Shown here in pieces: positions 52,923 through 64,000 of a stretch of DNA of 64,000 bases (its first letter is position 1; every line of letters begins with the position of its first letter). Below the pieces are notes generated by a model, which was given only the letters and a program-made list of their open reading frames with translations, was not told the origin of the DNA and did no database searches. The position numbers and the translations under genes are program-made. This DNA is from Lama guanicoe (Eukaryota): assembly GCA_013239625.1 (NCBI GenBank), contig MU053994.1, positions 3,887,434 to 3,951,433 of the forward strand, read 5' to 3'.

Positions 52923-54383
52923 ATTTTTTTTTTACTTTTTAAATTAAAGTATAGTCAGTTTACAATGTGTCAATTTCTGGTGTACAGCACAGTGCTTCAG
53001 TCATACATGAATGTACATATATTCATTTTCATGTTCTTTTTCACCATAAGCTACTACAAGATATTGAATATATTTCCCTGTGCAATACAGTATAAACTTG
53101 TTTATCTATTTTATATATACCAGTCAGTATCTGCAAATCTTGAACTCCCAATTGATCCCTTCCTACTCCCTTTCCCCCGGTAACCATAAATTTGTTTTCT
53201 ATGTCTGTGAGTCTGTTTCTGTTTTATAAATAAGTTCATTTGTCTTTTTTTTTTTTAGATTCCACATATGAGTGATATCATATGGTATTTTTCTTTATCT
53301 TTCTGGCTTACTTCACTTATAATGACATTCTCCAGGACCATCCATATTGCTTCAAATGGCATTATTTTATTCTTTTTAGGGCTGAGTAGTATTCCATTGT
53401 ACAAATATACCACAGCTTCTTTATCCAGTCATCTGTCAATGGACATTTAGGTTGTTTCCATGTCTTGGCTATTGTAAATAGCGCTCCTATGAACATTGTG
53501 GTGCAGGTGTCTTTTTGAATTACGATTCACTCTGGATATATGGCCAGGAGTGGGATTGCTGGATCATATGGTAAGTCTATTTTTAGTCTTTTGAGGAATC
53601 TCCATACTGTTTTCCACAATGGATGGAACAGAACAGAGAGCCCAGAAATGAACCCACAAACTTTTGGTCAATTAATCTTTGACAAAGGAGGCAAGAACAT
53701 ACAGTGGAATAAAGACAGTCTCTTCAGCAAATGGTGCTGGGAAAAATGGACAGCTGCATGTAAATCAGTGAAGTTAGAATACTCCCTCACATCATACACA
53801 AAAATAAACTCAAAATGGCTTAAAGACTTAAACATAAGACAAGATACAATAAATCTCCTGGAAGAAAACATAGGCAAAACATTATCTGACATACATCTCA
53901 GCAATGTTCTCCTAGGACAGTCTACCCAAGCAATAGAAATAAAAGCAAAAATAAACAAATGGGCCCTAATTAAACTTATAAGCTTTTGCACAGCAAAGGA
54001 AAACATGAGCAAAACAAAATGACAACCTACAGAATGGGAGAAAATATTTGCAAAAGATGAGACTGACGAGGGCTTGATTTCCAGAATATATAAACAGCTC
54101 ATACACCTTAATAAGGGAAAAACAAACAACCTAATCCAAAAAATGGGCAGAAGATGTAAACAAGCAATTCTCCAATGAAGACATACAAATGGCCAATAGG
54201 CACATGAACAGGTGCTCAATAATGCTAATTATCAGAGAAATGCAAATCAAAACTACAATGAGGTATCACCTCACACCAGTCAGAATGGCCATCATTCAAA
54301 AGTCCACAAATGATAAATGCTGGAGAGGGTGTGGAGAAAAGAGAACCCTCCTACACTATTGGTGGGAATGCAGTTTGGTGCAG
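52923..54383 (-). mobile_element. Lineage-specific L1 with 5' inversion
   Basis: Minus 52923-53621 (3'UTR and ORF2 end); plus 53622-54383 (ORF2: [22 protein letters not shown]); short TSD tctttga at 52916-52922 and 54384-54390. Confidence 0.93.
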
Positions 54384-56574
54384 TCTTTGATTGAACTTTG
54401 AATATGTCATGCCATTTAAAAATAAATAATTAAATATGGCAGTACCAAAAAAAAAAACCCCAAAAGATACAAGATTGATACATTTTGATTACATTACTGT
54501 CATTTTTGAAAAACAACAAACAAATAAAAGACAACAAAAAGAGGAAAACAGAAGAAGAAACATTTTAAAAGGAAGACTGCTGCAAGGTTCAGAGTTTTCC
54601 TCCATGGAATGACAGAATTAGCTTGATTTCTGTTTCTTTGTCTTTTCAATCATTTGGCTCTCATTGTTTATTTTGAGTCTTCTATCCCACTGTGGGGATG
54701 TGCAGTACCATGGGGGTTGGAGACAGGAACTACATTCAAAGTGAGCATGAACGATTTGGAGTTCAGTCTTCTCTAGACAAATACATGTAGCTGGGTCTGT
54801 GTGTGTTGGGGCTGGCTGTAGAACTGGGAGTTCTCTGAATTCATTTCCTTATAGAATACCATGTTGATTGAAGGCTAATCACTAAAAATTGCTGTGTTGA
54901 AGTTTACATACATATTATAGTATTAAAATTTAAAAGGAACAACAGCAAACAAAGAGCTTTTGGAGGAGTGTTTTGTCACTGGCTTGTGCAGAATTTGCTA
55001 GCACGTGGTGAAAATAAAGCAGACCCACTAGCTGGTGTTATTGTTTTAAAATTATCTGCAAACAATGCAACTCCTTATTGCCTCCACCTGTGACTGATCT
55101 TTCCTGCTACCCCACCTGTGGTCCTCCAGATTCCAGGAAGAAAAATTACTCCCACTCTCTCACAGGTTCCTTTGATGATTTGAATAGTATTAGGAAAATA
55201 AGCCCATGACACACGACACAGTGACTCTCGCTCACAGTTAGCCCCTCATTTCCTTTTGCTGGGCTCTAAGCCAGGGAACAGGTTTATGGACTTTTCTTGG
55301 CTCTAAGGGAACAGTCCCAGTGTGTGTGTGCACGTGCACATGTGTGTTGCGGGGGCCACAGGGGAGGGACTGTGGGTGTTGGGTGGAGTGAGGAAAACAC
55401 AGGAAGACAAATTTGGCTACAGAGTGTTAGGGTATATGTATAATGCCAAGTGAAAGAAAAACCTTGAACATTCCAGAATCCTCCTAAGATAAAAGAAAGT
55501 ATAACCAGAATCTTGGAGTTTTTTTGTCAGTAAACTTGCAAGTTCACATGGCTTTCCTCAGGCACTGTCTCTCTGCTTTCCACTCCCATCCCCAGTTGTT
55601 TATCTCTGTTACAAAAGGCAACTCAAAATAAACTTTCCTTGGATTCTCTAATCAAAGCCACAATTCCCTGTGGTCTGTCCTTGCTTGTATTTTTCTTCAC
55701 TTTTCCACCAGGCAAACATTTGAGACGGACTCGTTCAGCCTCCAGCAGTATAAATGTGCCTCCCCAGCTTACTGTCTGACCTGCCTCCATGCCAAAGATT
55801 TCCTAGCTTTGTACACACACGGCTGCCATGTTAAGTCCACCCAGCCTGACCTGGTGTTCAGAGCCCAATGGGGGAATTTCTTTCAGAAGGAACACAAGGC
55901 TGGACGTGGAGGAATAGCTTGATGCCAATGAAATCTTTTTAAAACAGTGACTCTCTGGCTTTAAACAGCCTTCTCAGTTTATTTTGAGCTCGCCATTCTC
56001 CTGCCTAAATTTCAGCTAAGACTCAGTCTGGGCTCCTTAATTTCTCTTCCTGTTTTAGACATACCTGTGGCCTGCAGTGTGCCACTGGGCCACCTTCTGG
56101 CCTTACTGCCAGTGTGGCCTGTACTTCCCCTTCAGCCTCAACTAGGGAAGAAGGCCCTCTTGTCTGTCAAGCTTCAGCTTGGAGGCTGGGCCTTTAGTGC
56201 AGTCCAGTGGTCCAGCCAAGGGTTCTGTATCCTTCCTCTACACTTCTAAGTCCCTTCCTTCCTTCTGGCCCATGTGACTTGCATAGCTTGCTCCTTTGCT
56301 CTGTAGATGTCCACGTGGGGGTCTTATGCAGCCAACGGACTACAAGCCACTTAAAGGCAGAGTCCATACATTTTGAGCAATTTTAAGTCTCCTAGAGTGT
56401 GTAGCACATAACCTTGAGCATGATGTATGCACAATAAATTTGCATACAGAATCAAAATAATTTGGTTAAAAATAGAAGGAATGAGTGAGTCACAAAAGGT
56501 ACCCCTGTATTAATTTGAATATGAGTGTGTGTGCGAAGTGATCATTTAAAAATCTTCTGTAATTTTAATATAAA

Positions 56575-57961
56575 GCAAAGCCCTTCAATACAATAAGAAA
56601 AAGGCCAACATTCCAATAGATAATTTAGAAATGATGGGAATATTTTTCTCATATGTTTGTTGGATACTTGTGGAATCCAACTTTTTCTTTTGTGGAATGT
56701 TTATTGACTCTCAGTAGCAAAGAAATACAGATGAAAATAATAGCAAGCAACCAGTTTTTGGCGTACTGAAGTAGCAAAGGTTTTTAAATAATGTATAATA
56801 CTTACTGTTGGGAAGCGTTCCCCATGGCGTCTGATAAGCTGCTGGGAAATTGTAAGGGGAGAGAACCTTTGTGAATGGCAGTTTGCATCAAGAGACTTAA
56901 AATGTGCATATTCTATGACTTTGGAAAAACTGTTTGACAGTATCTACTGAAGCTGAACATATGCCTTCTTTACGACCCAGCAATTCCACTCCTAGGTACA
57001 TATCCAACAGAAATGTGTACATATGTTCACCAAAAGACATGCACTAGAATGTTCATAGCAGCACTATTCATAATACTCTTAAATTGAAAAGTACTCAAAT
57101 GCCCATCAACAGTAGAATGGATAATGAGTGTGGCATATGCACACAATGGAATACCATCCATCCAGCAATGAGAATGAACAAATGGTCCGTACACCTGGCT
57201 ACTTGGAGGAATTGCACTGATGTCATACTGTTGAGTGAAAGGGGCCAGATAAAAAGAATACATACTGTGTCAATTATTGTATTTATATGAAGTTGACAAA
57301 CTGGTAAAGTTCATTTTTTGTGTGTTAAAGGTCATTATAGTGGTACCTGTAGGGTGTTTAGGAACTGCAAGTGGGGCTTCTGGGGTACTGGTTAAGATTT
57401 TTTGATCTGGATATTGGTTCCATGGATGTGTTCACTTGATAAAAATTCATCAACTGATACACTTATGATTTGTGAACTTTTTTGGATGTATGTTAAACTT
57501 TAATAAAAACTAAAGTCTGCATGCTCTTTCACCTAGTAATTTCACAACTAGTGCTTTATCCTGGTAAAATAATTGTGGGTGTTCCCCTCAAACTTCTATG
57601 CAAGGCTTTTCATTCAAAGTGTTGCTTTTAACAGTGAGAAATTGAAAACTATACAAGTGTCAGATGGTAGTGAAATGGTCCAGTGTATTATGGTATGATA
57701 TTTACAGCCCTGAAAAGTCATGTTTATGATAAATATATAAAAGTATGGAAAACTTTGATTTCATGTAGAGTGAAAAAAAGCAGGATACTAACCTGTATAC
57801 AGAGAATTATCATAATTTCATTAAGAAATGTATCTATAGTCAATGCCTACACTGGTTATTTTGGAGTGATAGGTTTTTTAGGTGGTCTTTTCTTTTTTTA
57901 TTGAATTATAGTTGATTTATAGTGTAGTGTTAGTTTCTCGTGTACAGCATAGTGATTCAGT

Positions 57962-58005
<44 letters not shown>

Positions 58006-58280
58006 TACACACATACACACACACACATATTCTTTTTCATTATAGGTTATTGCAATCTATTGAATACATTCCCTCTGCTATACAGTAGGACCTGGTTATT
58101 TACCTATTTTGTATGGTATTTGTGTTTCTCTATCTGACTTACTTCACTTAGTATGATAAACTCTAGGTCTATCCATTGATCTTTATTTCTTCATTATACT
58201 TTCTTTAACTCATATTCTAAATTGTATGCAATGATTACATTATTACTTTATAATCATGAAGTGTATTTAAAATTTTTATA
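56575..58280 (+). mobile_element. Old L1M 3' fragments (nested layers)
   Basis: gacccagcaattccactcctaggta...caaaagacatgcactagaatgttcatagcagcactattc...aataaaaa, plus more degraded flanking L1ME-like text. Confidence 0.75.
57890..58177 (-). mobile_element. Short lineage-specific L1 3' end with (TA)n(CA)n (57962-58028)
   Basis: tgtacagcatagtgattcag...ttcattataggttat...ctatacagtaggacct. Confidence 0.85.
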
Positions 58281-59492
58281 AATACGTGATCCAAAGAGGA
58301 TTCTGCCATCCTCAGTCCATACTTTCTCAAAGCCTATGACAGCAGAAAAGTCAAACAGGCAAGCTCTATTTTCCTTGCCTTCGCATCAAACCACTTTTCT
58401 CTCTCCAGGCCTACTGACCACAATAGAAGTATCTGAAGCCCATGGAAAAACCTTACTAATTCTAGAGGGAATCAGAGATAAGTGAATTAACCCCATTTCT
58501 TAATAGTGAATGTAGACTGGTGGTAGAATATAGGAACTGTAGGAGACAGGAAGCCATGTGAGGGGAATATGGTCATTTCCCCCTTCCCAGGCTTTTAGTG
58601 AAGTTAGTAGTCTGTAGACTTGGAGAAAGCACTGTTGTAACAGCTGGCTGTTCTCTTTTATCCTTCAAGCTCCAAATTTGGATAGTGACAGTGGAGAACA
58701 AACCCTGGGTGATTTTTCTGTTTGTAAGGCTGGAAAATAAACAACCTTGTGCCTACACTGTGGAAGAAGGCCTGATCTGGACTACATTCTTGAAGCTAGT
58801 CAGAGGCAAAGGCAGGTAGCTTTTCTTAGACCTGGGCACAAAGACTTTATCAATTGATCAAACTATAATGTACACAATTCATCTTAGGTGGTATAACTCA
58901 CATGGCTTCTTTAAAATCAGCATACAGAAATGTATCATAATTTGCAAGGCAGCACACCTTACCTAACAGTTTGTTGTATGGTCAGAGGGACACTGTAGGC
59001 AATGATTTGCAGAATGTCCAGAATATTTGTCCAGGTTACCGTCCCTTTGCCAAATGGAAGGTCTCAGCCAAAAGTGTCATAAAATGTTAAAAATATTCCT
59101 GTTCATATGCCCAACATCTGTGATTTTGTTCATTGCGAACATTATAATAATTAAATATGTAAAAGGTATAGCTATGTGAGGTGGTGCCTCAAGAACTCAG
59201 TAAAGAGGTAAGATCTAAACCATATATGTATATGGGATGGTTAACATAGTGCATCAAAGAAGAAACCTGGAGCATTGTCTGGAGGAAAATAATGCCCTTC
59301 CAGCTGACATCAGTCTGCCTGTAAATTGTGTATTCCCACTGGAGCAGGAATACAAAAGGTTATTGAGGCCCGATGCCATCAAATCATATACCATCCTACC
59401 ACCTGCTTTGATGCTCCATGAAGACAGGGACCGTGTAGTTTGGGTTGCCACTGTATTCCTCATGTGCACACAGTTGACACACAGTTTGTGCT

Positions 59493-59980
59493 TGTGTAAG
59501 TTTTCTGTAAGTGCTAGAACAAATGATCACAAACTTGGTATCTTAAAACTATAGAAATTTATTCTCTCACAGTTCTGGAAACCAGAAATCTGAAATCGTT
59601 ATTACTGGGCTGAAATCAGGGTACACATGAAATCAGGACCGCATTCCCTCAGGCAAGAATCCATTCCTTGCCTCTTCCAGCTTCTGGTGGCTGCCTGCAT
59701 TCCCTGGTGTGTGCCTCCATCACTCCCACCTTAAAGGCCACCATCTTCAAATCTTGGTCTGCTCCATCTTCACATGGCCTCCTCTGTGAATGTGTAGTCA
59801 AATCTCCCTCTGGCTCTCTCATATAAGGATACTTGTGATTGCATTTAGAGCCCACCTGGATAAATCCAAGATAACCTTGCCATCTCAAAATGCAAATACC
59901 CTTTTTCCAAATAAAGTAACATTTACAGTTTCCAGGGATTCAGACTGGTTATTTTGGCGTGCCATTATTCAGCCTACTAC
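59493..59980 (-). mobile_element. MLT1 (B/C-like) solo LTR inserted in an L2 3' end
   Basis: aaatttattctctcacagttctgga...ttccaaataaagtaaca; flanks gtgct/ctgct; L2 tail resumes as taataaatgcttgttgaatg. Confidence 0.88.
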
Positions 59981-61307
59981 CTGCTTAATAAATGCTTGTT
60001 GAATGGATGTGGGCTCTACCAATACTAGATGGACTCTTCTATCCATCTAGAAGTTTTATTTCTCATTGCAAATTAATAAATTTGCACTATGAACTGACAT
60101 GTCACTCCCTAGTGAGCTGTATTAGCTGAAGGCAGCATCTAGCATACAATGATCTCACAGACTCCGAGCAGGCTGAGTTTGCTAAAGAACACCCCGGGAC
60201 CGTGGAGATGACTGAAATGACTTGTGAGCACCAACCACATTCTGAACTTTACTGAAGGGAGCTTTCCTTAAGAAAAGATTTCCAAACCGCAATTTCTACT
60301 TCTACAGTTTTCTTCTGAAAAAAAAATTTTTTTTAAATAAGCAATTTGATAAAAATGCTTTAGCGAAACCTTGCTGCTGGCTCAGCATTGCTCAAACATT
60401 AATTAAAAATGGATTTCAAAACTCGTAGCAAAAATAAATATAAAAATACATGTATGTTCTTTTTCTTTCTTTCAGGGGTTAGTCTGAAGTAGCTCTTTAT
60501 GATGGTTGGTAGGGTTAAACTCCTGATTCGAGCCCTGCCCTTTGGCTGTGAAAACAAGCTGCAGGGGAGTACATTGCTGGGCTCTCCGTCTTTCTGATTT
60601 CAAACATGGAAAAGGTGACTGGGCTGTTCCACCCCAGCAAGCCTCCCTTTTCTTCCCAGGTCTGCCTTCGTGTCTTTCATTCTCTCTGATGCTGGGTGGG
60701 GATTGTACCGTTCACCAATCTAGGCTTTTCTTCCTCAGCTGATGACAAAGGCGAGCTTAGTGAGTGAGTGACTTTTCATATTACCACCACTAATACCTTG
60801 GATTTTATTGAAGGACTGTCTTTAAGGGCTCTGAAGCACTTACACAGATATACATGTTATTCTCTCTATAATCCTTTGATGTGGCAGAGATTGAGGACAT
60901 TTATAAAAGACAGAGACGATGCTGGCCCTGCCCTCAAGTTGACTTAAGCATATTATGTCTGTATCTGGCATTCTGTCAACCAGGATTCTCTATTAATCAG
61001 CCAGTGTGAACATCAAAGTAGGCTGAGATAAAAATCCATGTTATTCATGTAACCCAGAGTCACTTTAGAATCCTGAAGGGTTTTTAGAATTATCTGAGAA
61101 AAAATTCATCATATTAATCACAGCTTCAGTAGTCAGTTTGGATTAATAATAGTCAAAATCTTTGAGAATTTTTAACCCCCAAATGCCATCTCCTATTATT
61201 TGATTAATCAGAATGCCAAAGAACTTTGAACCTTTAAAAAAATTCAGATACCCAAATCTTGCCCCAGACCCACTGAGTCAGGATCCCTTGGGTGGGACCA
61301 AGGCTCG

Positions 61308-61368
<61 letters not shown>
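61308..61368. repeat. (CTAT)n tetranucleotide microsatellite, ~15 units
   Basis: Directly visible. Confidence 0.97.
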
Positions 61369-61371
<3 letters not shown>

Positions 61372-61414
61372 TTTATATCTCTGTATATACAGTATATTTA
61401 TGTATATATATAGT

Positions 61415-62075
61415 CCATTTGTTTTAACTTGTTATTATGTAATTTTTTAAATTGACATAAAAGTAGAAAAAATAGCATTTCCTATCCAACTTCAACATTT
61501 ATCAATACTCTGTTGTTTCAGTTTCAACTCTTCTCTACCTCCCTCCGTACCTTTTTGTTTACTGGAGTATTTTAAAAGCAAAAACTAGACTTCAGAGAAT
61601 TGATTGGAAAAAATATGTCAGTATTCATCTCATGTTTTAAGAAAACATGACTGAAATATCATTATCACGCCCACAAAGTTAATAATTCTTTATTATCTGA
61701 TGTTTAGTCTGTGTTTAATTTTCCCTAGCAGTTGCATAAAATGTCTTTTATATAGTACGTAAAATCATAATAGAAACAAGGTTCATGCAGTGTATTTGGT
61801 TGATATGTTTCTAAAGTTCTTTCTCCATTTCTTAGCATTTAATATACACTTTTCTCCACCTACCTAGCTGTATGGTTGTCGTGTTCCTTTTTATAGCTGC
61901 ATAGGACTCCTTTGGGTAGATATACCATATTTCATTCAATCCTTCTCTTGGTGGTGAACATTTATTTGTGTTGTGTCTAGTCATTAGCTATTACAAATAA
62001 TATGTCTTGGCCAGTGTATTTTTGGTATAGACTCCTAGAGATGACATTGCTACATCAATTACTGCATATTGAATT
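61415..62075 (-). mobile_element. Degraded L1ME-like 3' region
   Basis: tttttatagctgcatag...ataccata...ctattacaaataat...actcctagag. Confidence 0.55.
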
Positions 62076-62254
62076 TTTCTCTACCATCAGAAGAGTCTAG
62101 TACTTTGATAATGTATTTTGCCTTTATCTTAACTTTCATTCTGTTTCATGGAGAATGATGCCAATTGCTAACTTGCTGCTTTGCTTGTCACCAGCTTGCC
62201 TTTTGCACCCTGTGACTTTCTTGCACTAGGATAGATGACTAGCTTCAAAATCTT

Positions 62255-63209
62255 TTTTTTAATTGAAATATAGTCAGTTTACAGTGTGTCCATTTCTGAT
62301 GTACAGCATAATGGTTCAGTCATAACTACACATACATATATTCATTTTCATATTCTTTTTCATTATAGGTTACTACAAGACACTGAATATAGTTCCCTGT
62401 GCTGGACAGTAGAAACTTGTTGTTTATCTATTTTATATGTAGTAGTTAGTATCTGCAAATATGGACTCCCAATTTATTCCTTCCCACCCGCTTTCCACCC
62501 TGGTAACCATAAAATTGTCTGAGTCTGTTTCTGTTTTGTAAACAAGTTCATTTGTCTCTTTTTTTAAAATTCCACATATAAGTGATATCACATGGCTTTT
62601 TTCTTTCTCTTTCTGGCTTACTTCACTTAGAATGATGATCTCCAGGCCTATCCATGTTGCTTCAAATGGCATTAGTTTATTCTTTTTTATGGCTGAGTGG
62701 TATTCCATTGAATAAATATACCACAGCAGCTTTATCCAGTCATTTGTCAATGGACATTTAGGTTGCTTCTGTGTCTTGGCTATTGTAAATAGTGCTGCTA
62801 TGAACACTGGGGTGTATGTATCTTTTTCAATTAGAGTTCCCTCCAGATACTGCCCAGGAGTGGGATTGCTGGATCATAGGATAAGTCTATTTTTAGTTTT
62901 TTGAGGAATCTTCATGCTATTTTCCCTAATGGCTGCACCAAACTACATTCCCACCAACAGCGTAGGAGGGTTCCCCTTTCTCCACAGCCTCTCCAGCATT
63001 TATCTTTTGTGGACTTTTTAATGATGGCCATTCTGACTGGTGTGAAGTGATACCTCATTGTAGTTTTGATTTGCATTTCTCTGATGGTTAGCGATATTGA
63101 GCATTTTTTCATGTGCCTGTTGGCCATTTGTATGTTTTCATTGCAGAATTACTTGTTTAGGTCCTCTGCCCATTTTTGGATTGGGTTGTTTGGTTTTTTT
63201 TCTTATTTA
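62255..63209 (-). mobile_element. Lineage-specific 5'-truncated L1
   Basis: ORF2 C-terminus (ORFs 62433-62807, 62912-63127), poly(T); perfect TSD tagcttcaaaatctt at 62240-62254 and 63210-63224. Confidence 0.95.
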
Positions 63210-64000
63210 TAGCTTCAAAATCTTGAGGTCTTTTTTCCTCATTGTTACTGGGTTCTGAAGACTGTACACAGCCAGAATGCTGATTCACTTATAATGCAGT
63301 TTTTTGCCATTGTTAAATTCCACATGTTATCCATTTGGTTATAAATTTCCTAAACACTTTATGCCTATAAATTGGTGTTTGTATTTCAAAATCCAAAAAC
63401 AGCAGCCCCGTGGGACCCCTATCCATCACCACACTCACTCCAGTGTTATCACAATTAAGTTAATTGCTCCCAGGAAATTTGCAAGAACCACAGTTATTCT
63501 GCCTCACATTTCCTGATTGAAATTGAATGACTCAGCAAATTAAGGAAGAAAAGAAGGTGCTCTTACTATATAGGTTAGGAATTAGGTGTATTATTGATAG
63601 CAAAACACGTTCAAGCCTAAAACAGAGGCTAGGAGAACCTGACATGTAAGAAAATAAGAATATAAGAAGAAAAACAACAACTATTAAAGTATTCAAAGCA
63701 AAAAGGAACAACTTATTAATGGATAAGTGACAGTCTGAGCATTCAAAAATACCAATATGCATATTAAAAATCTCAATGCTAATTTATCTAAGCTATACCT
63801 ATACTTTTCCTGAGACTGAACTAGACTGGGCCAATTCACGGTAAATGGGCTAAATAGGCAACCAGACAGGCAAAGGGACCTTGGCATGAGCCAATAGTGG
63901 CTCTCTCCACCCACTGATGCAAAGCATTTGTAGTGATTCCTTCCAACGAAATGCTGGTGACTTGGTCATATGGGTGAGAAATACTCTGTTGAACATTGAT

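Noticed and set aside
53540..54401. Long ORFs of 70-183 aa (also 3114-3677, 62433-63127)
   Set aside because: L1 ORF2 remnants or their antisense frames, not host genes
59237..59554. ORF containing RPDAIK, reminiscent of bornavirus N (RHPDAIK)
   Set aside because: Isolated short match; the rest of the ORF runs into L2 and MLT1 sequence
60455..60515. Strong splice acceptor tctttttctttctttcag
   Set aside because: Only a weak nearby donor and no recognisable coding frame
1..64000. CRISPR arrays, operons or prokaryotic defence systems
   Set aside because: The sequence is mammalian, with no repeat-spacer arrays or gene-dense regions

Overview
Eukaryotic, AT-rich, CpG-depleted mammalian DNA, most likely camelid (alpaca/camel), judged from a Vic-1-like tRNA-derived SINE and the 3' UTRs of the young L1 copies. 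I find no convincing host protein-coding exon, RNA gene or CpG island, so the window reads as intronic or intergenic. Much of it is transposon-derived: lineage-specific L1s (several with readable target-site duplications, TSDs), old L1M fragments, L2/MIR, MaLR/ERVL/ERV1 solo LTRs and hAT-type DNA elements. The recognisable ORFs in the track are L1 ORF1/ORF2 remnants; the rest look like chance ORFs. The best-supported oddities concern insertion mechanism: two 5'-inverted (twin-primed) L1s, a tail-less internal L1 fragment flanked by a probable TSD, a scrambled L1 composite, a 67-bp local copy pasted into an LTR16, and microsatellites arising at the same L1 3'UTR site in two copies. There are also a few candidate enhancers. 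A filovirus/mononegavirus-like fossil on the minus strand was considered; its matches are at chance level by eye, so it is offered only as a testable long shot. Repeat subfamily names come from recalled consensus sequences, and boundaries without TSDs are approximate.
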